From Neodothiora populina (lineage: Eukaryota): a stretch of DNA of 64,000 nt. Below the pieces are notes generated by a model that saw nothing but the letters and a program-made list of their open reading frames with translations, was not told the origin of the DNA and ran no database searches. The translations under genes were made by a program, and so were the position numbers. Location: NCBI RefSeq assembly GCF_041146345.1, contig NW_027191404.1, forward strand, positions 1,674,001 through 1,738,000, written 5' to 3'. Positions 12,470 through 24,588 of the stretch are shown here, in pieces. Each line of letters starts with the position of its first letter. Positions within the stretch are counted from its first letter, which is position 1.

Positions 12470-15016
12470 ATGTATGTATAATCGACGTTGCTGCTGATTC
12501 ACAGATCACAGTGCTCACTCATGATAGGGGAGCCATTGCAGAAAAGGAAAACCTCGCCCCGACGCCAATTGCCACTCAAAAGCGTGGACGACTTTACGGA
12601 GGAACACCGAACTCAATTGATAGACTCAGCAAGCCTTTCAGATGTCCTGGATCCGCTATAGCTGCTCGTTCGTCAGAGAAGCCATCTCGTAAACGCAGAA
12701 AGGTCAATTATGCCGATGCGGATGGCAATCCAGAGGAAGGTGACAAGCCATATTGCAACGATGACAGACTTGCCTTGGCGACGCGAGACGTCAATCGATT
12801 TCCGGTCTTCGAAGTCAAGGATAAAGAGACGACCATCCGTAGAAGATTTGCTGTGCCATTGATAAACAAGGATGTCGGCGGCTACAATTCTGCTCGTCCT
12901 CCGCCATTGCTGGGCTTGCGGCAGGGCGCTGTATTTGTGGCCAAGCCGCTGCACGACCCTAGTGGTGAGTTTGCAATCGTGTTGTACGATCCAACAGTCG
13001 AAGACAAGCCGGCGGTGACGGAAGGCGAGGATCCGGAAGCAAAAACCGAGGACCCTGCACCCCAGCAACTTCAGGAACCTTTGATGCACAAGAGCCTAGC
13101 AGAGATACTAGGGTTGAAGAAGAAAGTAGAAGTACGACCAAGAGTTCCAGTCGTCATAGACCCCAGACTGGCAAAAGTACTGCGTCCTCATCAGGTCGAA
13201 GGTGTCAGATTCCTATACCGCGCGACGACGGGCTTGATCGATCCGAACGCCCAAGGATGTATCATGGCAGACGAGATGGGGCTGGGCAAAACACTACAGT
13301 GCATTGCGTTGATGTGGACTTTGCTCAAGCAATCTCCAAACGCAGGAAAGTCAACTATACAAAAGGCGGTCATTGCATGTCCTTCGAGTTTAGTCCGCAA
13401 CTGGGCAAATGAGTTGGTGAAATGGTTAGGTAAGGACGCCATCCACCCTTTTGCCGTTGACGGAAAAGCCACAAAGGACGAACTCATCCAGCAACTACGG
13501 CAATGGTCCATCTCCAGCGGCCGATCCGTGGTGCGTCCTGTACTAATCGTCTCCTACGACACTCTTCGTCTTTACGCGGATGAGCTCAAAGACACCAAGA
13601 TTGGCCTGCTTCTCTGCGACGAAGGCCACAAGCTCAAAAACTCTGACAGTCAGACTTTCGTCGCGTTGAATAGCCTAAACGTTCAGAAGCGCGTGATCCT
13701 ATCTGGAACGCCAATCCAGAACGATCTCACAGAATACTTCTCCTTACTTAACTTTGCAAATCCCAACTATCTTGGTACGCGTAACGATTTCAGAAAGCGC
13801 TTCGAGCTGCCGATTTTACGAGGCCGTGATGCTGCAGGAACTGAAGCGGACCAAAAGAAGGGTAATGAGCGACTGGCAGAATTGCTCACATTGGTCAACA
13901 AATTCATCATACGTCGCACCAACGACATCCTGTCCAAGTACCTGCCCGTCAAGTACGAACACGTTGTTTTCTGCAACATGGCGCCTTTCCAGAAGGATCT
14001 ATACAACCACTTCATCCAGTCACCAGAGATTCAGAAGTTGCTGCGTGGAAAGGGCAGTCAGCCGCTCAAGGCTATCGGTATGCTGAAGAAGCTTTGCAAT
14101 CATCCTGATTTACTGGATCTTGCCGAAGACCTACCTGGTTCAGAAGCATTCTTCCCGCCAGATTACGTGCCTAAAGATGCTCGCGGCAGGGATAGAGACG
14201 TCAAGACATGGTACTCTGGCAAAATGGTGGTGCTTGATCGGTATGCAATACGACGATTCTATCAGAGGAGCATGACGACTAACAGTGAGATACAGCATGC
14301 TTGCCCGCATCCGCGCGGATACGAATGACAAGATTGTGCTTATTTCCAACTACACGCAGACATTGGACATGTTCGACAAGCTCTGTCGGGCTCGAAACTA
14401 TGGGTCCCTCCGTCTCGACGGTACAATGACAGTCAACAAGCGGCAAAAGCTTGTCGATAAATTCAACGACCCTGAAGGCAGTGAATTTGTTTTCCTTCTG
14501 TCCTCCAAGGCTGGAGGATGTGGTCTCAATCTCATCGGGGCCAACCGACTGGTACTCTTCGACCCTGACTGGAACCCTGCAGCTGATCAGCAAGCACTGG
14601 CTCGTGTCTGGCGTGACGGACAGAAGAAGGACTGTTTCGTGTATCGATTCATCGCGACCGGTACGATCGAAGAGAAGATCTTCCAGAGACAATCACACAA
14701 GCAGTCACTATCGTCATGTGTTGTAGACTCAGCGGAAGACGTGGAGCGGCACTTCTCACTGGATAGTCTGCGAGAGTTGTTCCAATTCCGACCCAACACG
14801 ACGAGCGATACGCACGAGACCCTCAAGTGCAAGAGATGCAAGGACGGTAGACAATTCATCAAGGCGCCGGCGATGCTGTATGGTGACACGAGTTCTTGGA
14901 ATCACTTTACGAACGACGGAGAGAAAGGACCGATGGGCAAGATACAGGATTTGCTACTGCGGCAGGAGACGAGCGAACCAGATGTCAGTGCAGTGTTCCA
15001 GTACATCAGTCACTGA
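12470..15016 (+). CDS. RAD54: DNA repair and recombination SNF2-family ATPase Rad54; introns 12472-12527 and 14241-14295
   Basis: Rad54_N motif [58 protein letters not shown] and [11 protein letters not shown] motifs; ends FQYISH. Confidence 0.97.
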
Positions 15017-15519
15017 AGTAGTGTGGCTAGAGGAACGGGTCTGCTCTCCCAAAGCATGCAGATATTGGACGTGGCGGCATGAGTTCCGCGAGACGGAGAA
15101 GTCGAATGGGGTGATGATCATCTTTCGCCGTACATTATATGGAAGACCCTAATGAATTACATGGCATAGAGCAGGAATTGAACACTAAGGTACCATGCAG
15201 TACAAGAGAGTGTCTACCCTCTATACCTCAGGTGAGGATAGTGGTGGTGACCGCCAAGGAGTGAAATTGTGGGGTTTCGGAGGAAGTCGAGGTTCACAGT
15301 TTCAGGACTGGGTTCGGTCTTTCCTTTTGTATTTTGTATCTTTCCATAGTCGGCTGCTGCTTCTCCTGCGCCGCTTCCTCTGTTATGCTCTACTTTTGTC
15401 GTCTGTAGCATTTCTTTCTTTCCACCGCCTCTTATCTTTTCTCAGCACCTCCAAACCCACACAAAAGCATCTCGCCCGTCGTTTGCAGGTCGCGAACAGT
15501 TTGTAGGAGGATGACCTCG

Positions 15520-18021
15520 ATGGGCAACACATCGTCGCAGCTTGCGCCCGAATTGGGGACGCAGAGCGAAGGTGCAGCTGCCACTGGTCCAGACTCTAGT
15601 CTTCCCCAAGGTGATTATTCCTTCCACCATTTCATGTTACAAACAGCCTGACTGACCACCTGCTAAGCTATTGATCAATTGATTTTTCACGCGACGCAAG
15701 ACGACGAGAGCGCCACCCCTGCTGCAACACCTCGCAACAACAAACCCCGGAACGATGGACGCGGCGCTCGTAAATTGAAGATCTATTCCGCCAAGAAGAA
15801 GCGTTCTAGTGCTAGCAAAGCGAAAGCTGCTGAGGACAATGAGAACGACGACGATGATGATGCTGCCGTTGATGGCCAAGATCAAGTTGTAGACTCCACA
15901 CCTGTCGCTGGAGCTGGAGCAGAAGCAGAGGTGGAGCCAGAAGCCGAAGGAAGCGCGTCTCAGGCCAAGAGCCGCAGAGAGCGCGTCACGCGCAACAAGG
16001 CCTTTCTGGAATCCATACGCAGCAGTCAATCGACAACTCGCAAGACTCAGACAAAAGCTCGACGATCCAAGGGCGCAGATGCCGACGCAGGCCCTGTCGC
16101 TTCTTCACAGCAGGCGCTTGCCGAAGGAGAGAATGAGGAAGGGCTGCCGACTCCTCCGTACCACGAGCAGATTCCCGACGAACTCAAGGTGTCGACGTGG
16201 TTGACATCCCGTGGTGGAAGCGCCAAGGAAGTACAAGAAGCACAAAACGGCGAAGCAAACAAATCTACTAATGGCTACGGCGCTCTCCTCCATAATGTCA
16301 ATGGACACCCAGATGGAGCCGACGCGCCTGAGGAAGACGAAGACGAAGACGAAGACGAAGACGAGGCAGAAGATGATGTGAACGACTACGAAGTGCCTTC
16401 CGACTCAGGCGACGAGTTTGCGCCAGAGCCTGAGCCAGTCAAAGCAGCAAAGACCAAAGCCAGACGCGCATCCAAAACCACCAGCAAACGCAAAAGAGAG
16501 GAGACACCAGAACCCCGAGCCCCGTCACCCCCAAAGAAGCGCAAGAGAAATTCGGAAGTGCTTGCCCCGGCGGCTATCGAGGCCGCAAGGGCAGAAGCCG
16601 ACGACAACCCAGCCAACTTCCCCAGCGCGGGTAATTTCACCGCCACAGAGATTAAGCTCGTCGACGCCGCTTTCGACGCCGCACAAGAGGCCAATAATTT
16701 CTCACGCGACCAAATGATTGACAAGATCCAAGCGAGCGCCGCCGAAGCTCAGTCTCTACTCACCGCCATCTTGACAGACATCTTGCCCAATCGCAACCGG
16801 AAAGCCCTCCAGCGCTTTTGTCGCCGCCATTTCAACAACACTCAGCGCGGAAAGTGGACTAAGGAGCAGGATGCCTTGTTAAGTGCTGCGCAGGCCGAGA
16901 AGCCCAACAAATGGGTCTGGATTGGATCAAGAGTAGGCAGATGGCCCGAGGACTGTCGTGATCGTTGGAGAAACTTCCTTGCCTTGGGCGAGGCTCGTCA
17001 CACAGACATCTGGACCCGCGACGAAGAGGTCGCCCTTGCAAAAGCAATCTCGGAATCCCTTGCTGCCATTCGAGAAAGACTCGACAGAGACCTCACAGCG
17101 GCCGAAGAAGACGAGTACATTGCCTGGCCTGTGATCATTCAGAAAATGGGCGGCATGCGCAACAGACTCCAGTGTGCCAACAAGTGGAAGAAGATTCGTC
17201 AACAGGCCAGCAAAGAGAAGAACGGTCTACCCCTTCCAGACCCTCTGTCTCCTCAGCAACATCAACGAGAGAAAGCAGCCGCCAAAGCTCGGTTCAAGGC
17301 TATGAAGTTCGGAGACTTGCACGCCATGCTCAAGGAAATGGAATACGGCAACTTTATCGGGCAGATTGATCACGGTAACTCATTCTGGTCAGCCGTCACT
17401 CGCATGCACCCGACCTCGCCCTACAACACACAAGATCGTAAGATGGTCTACAAGAAACTGAGAAGCCAGATCGACGACGCGGATGATTTCCATGAAAACG
17501 TCAGTCGCATGATTACACTCATCGAGACGAACTTCAGCGATCTCATGCACGAGAGATTGCATCACGAAGACGAGGCGGGAGATTCCGGCGATAAGAAGAG
17601 CAGGAAGAACGCCAAGCCCAAGGGCGGAAGTTCGCGAATGTCTGCCGGTCGCGACTTTACATCCGCGGAACGTGTCGAGGAGAGCGACTCGGATGATGCA
17701 CACGATGATGTCGACGAGCAGACGACGCAGCCAGCGCATCAAGTTGCGGGTGGTGCGGAGATGGAAGAAGAAGATGAACACATGGCGGACGACCCGGCTA
17801 TACCCGAGAGCGAAGATGAACAGCAAGAAGACGACGACGACGATGAGGCTGATGACACCACACTCTTGCCCAAGGACAACAAGAACTCTCGCATAGTCTC
17901 TATCGATAGCAAAGCCAACAAGAAGGAGATTGCACAAGAGAAAATCGACAACGAGACCGAGCAGCAAGACGAAGAAGACGACAACGAGGCCCCTTTTTCT
18001 GAGGCGTCGCAGGAACTTTAA
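15520..18021 (+). CDS. Myb-domain DNA-binding protein, Reb1/Nsi1/TTF1-like; intron 15611-15667
   Basis: Tandem Myb repeats WTKEQDALL..WVWIG..RWPEDCRDRWRN and WTRDEE..IAWPVI..RNRLQCANKW; upstream exon MGNTSSQ splices in frame (an in-frame ATG also lies at 15511). Confidence 0.8.
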
Positions 18022-18923
18022 GCTTATTGTTTCTCGTGTAGAGTTTCTTATTGGTCCCCTCGCCTTCTATACACATATATATTAAACCTTGTATATGTGT
18101 AAATGTGGTCTTGCGGACATGGTCGGCTGCACTCAATTCATTGTCACTACCCGTGGGTTTTCGTCTTTGGTTCTATAGTGGTCCTGCTCGAATCGTGTGT
18201 GCAGAGGAAGACATTGAGCAAGACTTGCCATCAAGTACAGAGGCTAGATAGTAAACCATGAGAAGAAAGAAAAAAACCCTACTACCGACTGTCACTGAGT
18301 AATAGCATGTATGTAATCAAACCCTGTAAACTATACAGGATCATAAACTCACGGATATCAGATCACAAAAAGAACCGAGCCGAGGAAGAGGACGAAGGAG
18401 AAGCTGCTATGATCTATTGTATACCATGTTCTATTAGGGTATGATACCAGAGGCAATAGGAAAAAGAGAAAAGAAAACCCCCTTTCCCACATAATCAAAG
18501 AAGAAGAACAAAAAGCGGCCCCTCATTCCGAAGAACAAGTTTAAAAACAACTGGAGAGAAAGGACTCATGAAGAATAGCGACGAGAAAGAAAAACGTCTG
18601 GCTCGTCCTTTTTCTGTTACACTTCTTCTTCTTTTTCTCTCTCCTTTTTCCGCTTTTGAGGTTTTTCGCATGTCATATCATCCATCAATCATCTAAGAGA
18701 GACGAAAAACGCGAGGACGCGGAAAGTGCAGATAGGCAGACAGGCAGACAAGCAGACGAGGTAACGATGATGCGATGCAATGCTAGGAGAATGATAAACA
18801 GGAGGTTCGCGTGATGAAGGGAGGCGAAAGAAGAGAGAAAGAGGAGTAAAGCGACACGACCGCCAGGGCCGAACAACATAGTCCTGATTTTCTTTTTCTT
18901 CAGGTGTGACGTTCGAATGTCAT

Positions 18924-20861
18924 CTAAAGCCTGGAGACAGAGGAGGCGAGAGACTTGATCTCGGCGTCAATGTGCTCGCCCTCCTTGAAGGGGTCGTACA
19001 TTCTGCTGCGGACAAACTCCTCGAGTTGGGGCTCGTCGAGGTGACGCAGCGACAGCTCGCGATCGACCTTGTCTGCCTGGGCGGCGCGGATGACTCCGCA
19101 TGTGACGGTGACGGAGACGTCGCGGATGCGACGAATGTCGGGGTAGAGCCATAGATCGTCGCGCTCGGCCTGGGTAAGTGAGGTGGAGAGGGCTTCGGCG
19201 GATGCGTAGATCATGTTCTGCGTCACGTTGACCGCCTTGCACAGGATCGCGCCCAGCCCGATGCCGGGGAACACGTACATGTTGTTGCCTTGGCCGGGCT
19301 CGAGCGTCTTGCCGTCGCGCTCGATGGCGGGGAAGGGCGAGCCTGAGGCGAACAGGCAGGTGCCGTTCGTGTGCTCGATGGCCTCCTCGAAGGTGCACTC
19401 TGACTTGCTTGAAGGGTTGGAGAGGGGGAAGATGATGGGGTGCTTGTTTAGCTCCGCCATCTTCTTGAGGATGCTGGGGGTGAAGGCTCCGCCGATTGTG
19501 CTGAGACCCATGAGGATGGTAGGCTTGACGTGCTCGACAATCTCGTCGAGAGTCTTGTATTGCTTGCCTTCGTTGTCGTCACGAGAGAAGTAGAGCTTGT
19601 GCTCGGCGAGCTTGTCGCCACGGTCGTTGGTCACAAGTCCTCGCGAGTCGACGAGCCAGAAGCATCGTCTGGCTTGGTCTTCTGTGAGGCCCTCCTTGAT
19701 GAAGAACTGGACAATCTGCTTGGCAACACCAACACCGGCGGAACCAGCACCGAAGAAAACAGCCCGCTGCTCGTTGGTGGGAACGCCAGATTGCTTCACA
19801 GCGTTGATGACACCTGCCAAGATGACGGCACCAGTGCCTTGAATGTCATCGTTGAACATGCTGTAAACGGTCTGGTAACGCTCCAGAGCCGGGAAGGGGT
19901 TCTTGAAGTCCTCGTATTGGATGACGATGCTGTAATCAAAGGTCAGAAATGTTCTTTGAACAAAACAAGAGGGGAGACTTACGAAGGCCATCTCTCAGTC
20001 AACGCCGCCATGAGCTCGTCAAGGAACTCGCGCTCCTCCTCTGCGGTGATCTTCTCGCGTCTGCTACCCATGTAGAACGGGTCCTCGATGAGGGCCTTGT
20101 TCGAAGTACCCAGGTCGATGGTGAGAGGCAAAGTAGCCTCTGGGCGGATACCAGCACAAGCAGTGTAGAGTGCAAGCTTGCCAACTGGGATACCCATACC
20201 GTTTATACCAAGATCACCAAGACCGAGAATACGAGAGCCATCAGTGATCACAGTAATCTCAACCTTGTGAGGCCAGTTTTGCAAGATTGATGCAATGTTG
20301 CCCTTGTCAGAGTATGAGATATACATGCCTTTTAGACGTTAAAATCACGATTACAAAGCAAAATGAGCATGAGCTTACCTTCAGGCTGGGTGTAGATCTC
20401 AGACCATCTTTGGCATGCCTCACCAACGGTGGGTGTGTAGATGAGAGGGGTCAATTCCTTGACGTAGTCCGCCATCAAGCGGTAGAAAAGGTGCACATTG
20501 CTTGATCGCAGGTACGAAAGATACATGTACTTGTCGATAGGAGTTTGCTTCATTGCTAGAATGTTGAGACCTGCACTGTGTTAGAATTTGCTGCCAGACA
20601 TGCTCTGTACGTGGCCACTCACTTCTCTTTGCTTGGAGCTCAAAAGACTCTACAGCGGGGGGAGTGAGGCCATATGTTCTCAGGAATCTCCTCGCCTCAA
20701 TTGAATTTGAAGTGTCGTAGTCTCCACTCCTAATTGAACAGGTCAGATACGACTTGACCATACCAACAAGCCTAGACTTACGATGTAGGTGTTAGGTGCT
20801 TCGAGGGGCGGAGGCGATGACCGCCTGAGACAGGTTTAGGGGCTGGGTCTGAGTGAGGCAT
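18924..20861 (-). CDS. Malic enzyme (NAD(P)-dependent, oxaloacetate-decarboxylating); 4 introns
   Basis: PLIYTPTVG, TDGSRILGLGDLG, IQYEDF, FNDDIQGTG, GAGSAG, IIFPLSNP and PGQGNNMYVFPGIG motifs. Confidence 0.96.
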
Positions 20862-21859
20862 TCTTGGGGATTGATGCAAGAAGCGTGTCAATGGTGTGTT
20901 TGAGGGTTTGTATGATTTAGAAAAAGAACAAGATACAGAAACGAAACGGGGATTCACAGACTTCATATGTACAAGTGGAGTGCGAGTAATGCGAAGGCGA
21001 TTATCGTGATTATAAACGAGTGATTCACCAACGGAAGCGATATATCAGGATAGTCCGAACCCCAACGTACACCAACACAAATTTGGAGGGGACCCGGCAC
21101 GGCGGCGAGTACGCGAGCAGATTGCCCGCAGGGTTCGAATCTAGGCTAATGCTTGATTTCACGATAACTGTTGCAACAGCTGCTTTTTTCTACGCGGTTG
21201 ATTATCGTCTGGTGGTTGAATTTGGTTAACGGAGTGTTACGTGTGGAGTCCTACATCGGGTACCTTCGGCGGGCTGTTGAAAACCAATGGCCTAATCGCT
21301 GGGACGTGCATCTGCGCCACACGAGTGCGGAAAATCACTCACTCCTGATTGGCCTAGAACACAGGAATCTCTAGGCTGAATGCATCTATCCGTGCTAAGG
21401 AGTACCAGACGTTCCTTTTAAGAAGTTTTATTTTTTTCTTCACTTAATCTCTCACCCTGCACTAGAAAACACAACGCTGCCCTCTGCCGTTCAGAAGTCG
21501 CATAGGCCGCCATTTGGCGAACTCGTTGTTGAGGGTAAATGGCATAAGGTTTCGCGATGTTTAGTCATAAATCCATCGTACTCGGCTCAATCCTGACACA
21601 AGTGATAAAAGGTGACCATTCGGTGAGCACGCTTGGGGAACCCCGCATGACGCCAGACGCCAGACCGTCCTCGGTCGTAAGTCGCGTCGTCACTTTGACA
21701 TGGTGATGTTGTAGTTTACCTGTTCCTGCCTTGGAACAAGGTAGGTGTGTGATATCAGGTCAAGCTGCCATTCTACCTCCATTACTTCACAGAAATCAAC
21801 ATCACAAGGAACCGAGAGTAATTCTTCTCTGATCTGACATTTCCTATCCGATCTTTGCA

Positions 21860-24140
21860 ATGTCTTCATGCTTTGGGTTCCGTAAATCCAAGGGTGATGA
21901 TCGGGAGCCTTTGCTGCCGCAGTATCGCCATGATACCACTTTACAGCGTGAGCTTCATCAGAAGCTCCACTCATATCAGATGATTCGGGCCATCTCAGAT
22001 GGATACATGCCATCCAACGAACAGCTGATAATTAATCTCCGGTCCTTGCTATCAGCAGATATACTCAATCCTCAAAACCAGGAATTGAGTGATTCAGGCA
22101 GGCTGCTGATCAAACACACCAAAAGATGGTTGCAGGATTTTATTGAGCTATTGAATAACAAGAACAGCGAGGATCAGATTCAGGACTTCCTTTGGTACCT
22201 GTCCAAGTCTAGGATCTCCGTTGACGTCGATGATATTGCACATCGGGCCGTCAAGGCTAAGTCCAAGGCAGACAGTGCGGCTGGTATGTATTGCAATTGG
22301 CATTCAGCTCATAATGGTAACACTCTAATTTCATATAGCCTATCGAAGCTTGCAGACTGTGGGATCACTATTGCTGACCAACTCCGATTTTCGGATATTC
22401 CTTTCGGACCTGAATGTTGTCGGCCGGGAAGTGTTCAAGGATGCAGCTTTCTCACTCTCCAATGTTGCAGAAGAGGCGGGCAAGCAGATTGAACCTACTC
22501 CAACAGAGCAGGGGAAGCTTCAAGAGCCTGGGGCTGACGCCGGACCTCCGCCTTCGGCTAAAGAGCTTGGCGACGATGTAGCCGACATCACCAAAGTTGT
22601 GGCTAACGGGGCTGCTGATGTTGTGCATGATACTGAACAAAGCGTTGAAGCCAAGTTGACCGGTGATGAAGGTCAAGTAATGCTCAGCCGCCTGAAGCAG
22701 GCTGTACTAAAGTTGAGAAAGAGACCTGACTACTCCGACTCAGTCTCAACACTTTCGTTACTACTCAAGAGATATGCTTTGGTGTACTCGAGAGCGATAC
22801 AGGAAACAGTCGATACTCTAGACGATGATGTTCACGAAAATGCTGCTCTCGACAAGGCAGTCAAAAATCTCTGGACTTTTATCAAGTCTTTTGGAGATCG
22901 AAATGCGTGGGAGAAGACCGAGGAGAAGTTTGGCCAGGTCATGTCTCACAAGGAGAACGATCCAGAGTTCGAGAACTTGATGGTCGAAGTTGGAAACTCG
23001 CTGCAGGCTCTGTTGACCGATCCAGACTTCTTCGATCACGCACAGGAGAAATTCGAGGAATTGCGCGAGAAATCGCGCCGCATCGGCACCGAGTCATCTT
23101 TACGTACCGACGTTGATGCGCTTCTAGCACAGCTTCAGGAGACCGCCAGTTCTGTCCTCCATGACAAGGACGTCCTTCGTCTGTTACACGGGGGGATGCA
23201 GATCTTCCGCATCCTGTCTCCTCTACATGCGACTGCCAATGGTGAACTTATCACGGATGCGATCAATGTTTTCATCCCCCTGCTGATCGCTGCCGTGCAA
23301 TACGTGCCTATCCCAAGACTAGAGGTCAGCACACCTGATGTTGACCTTCTCCTAGAGAACCTCATCATCGAGCCAGGTCATACTGTGAACCATACCTCGT
23401 TCCTCCCGTACAAACTTCGAATTGAGACGTACAATGACCTCGAAATCCGAAAGGCCAAGTTCAGAACGACATCAACGTCATCTCATCTAGTGACCATCAA
23501 GGTTGATGGTATATCTGCTCGAGCCGATGAGATGGGTTTCTGGATGCGCGCCCATTCAGGTCTGTTCCGCCTTGCCGACGAAGGTATTGCATCTTTTGCC
23601 TTGGATGAGCGCGGACTTGATATTCACATGGATGTCGAAATTGCCAAGGACAGGATGGAGAGCATCCTTAGCCTCAAGGCTGTTCGAGTTCACGTGCATA
23701 AATTGAATTACCAGCTACGAAAGAGCAAATTCTCTTGGATTGCGTGGCTGGTAAAACCCTTCCTGCGTCCTATCGTGCGCAAAGTCATGGAAAAGCAGCT
23801 CGCCAACGCCATTTCTGATGCGCTGCACGCTGCAAACCGCGAGCTACTCTACGCCCGTGAGCGCCTTAGAGCGACACGCATTGCAGACCCTGATGATCTT
23901 ATGACCTTCTTCCGCGCTATTGCAGCGAGACTCACTCCAGAAGAGGACCCTGACCTGTACACTCGCGTGGGAGTGGCACAGCCAGGCAAGGGAGTTTTCA
24001 AGGGAGTATACGCACCCGGCAGCGTCGTCAAGGTTTGGAACGAGGAGGCCGCACAGGCGCAGGAGAGAATCGACGAAGGTTCAGAGACAAGGGGCTGGAG
24101 AAACGAGATATTCGATCTGCACACTCGCAACCTGTCCTGA
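21860..24140 (+). CDS. Conserved fungal DUF4449 / BPI(TULIP)-fold protein; intron 22284-22338
   Basis: GYMPSNEQL, NSDFRIFLSDL, YVPIPRLEV...DLLLENL and LADEGIASF motifs typical of this family; beta-rich C-terminal half. Confidence 0.75.
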
Positions 24141-24588
24141 GGCTGTCATAGTCACCACACTCGACTGCGAACAGCAAACACTACATGCGTTGGCACACGT
24201 ATGTGTATTTTTATGCCGCATTGACAAATAGCAGGATTAGCTGCAAATCTTCTACTCCAGGTAACCTAGCCGTGTATGCTTTTTATTCATTCCATAGTAC
24301 TTGTAATGATGTATTCAAACTATTACTATGCGTTATCATAATATAGCGAGGATCGATGTTGACATTGAGTTGAGATTTCGTATGCGGCTATACGCAGCTT
24401 CCCGTGATTCTGCAGCCCAACGATCTTGGACGTGAAGTAATTAGTCCCGACCCGTTTGCTGTAGATAAAACACCATTTTTGACCTACCATTAACAATACG
24501 GATAAACTTCCGTGCAAGTAATCTGGCTTCAAGGAACTGCTGGGGTCTACGTTCGCGTCTGATTACTTGTCACCGACAAACACGAAAG

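Noticed and set aside
18811..18887. GTGATGA...CTGA resembling a C/D snoRNA
   Set aside because: Low-complexity purine interior, no terminal stem, no recognisable rRNA antisense; it is the antisense of the malic enzyme 3'UTR.
21125..21145. GGGTTCGAATC, tRNA T-loop/B-box-like
   Set aside because: No T-stem or cloverleaf can be formed; at most an isolated B-box.
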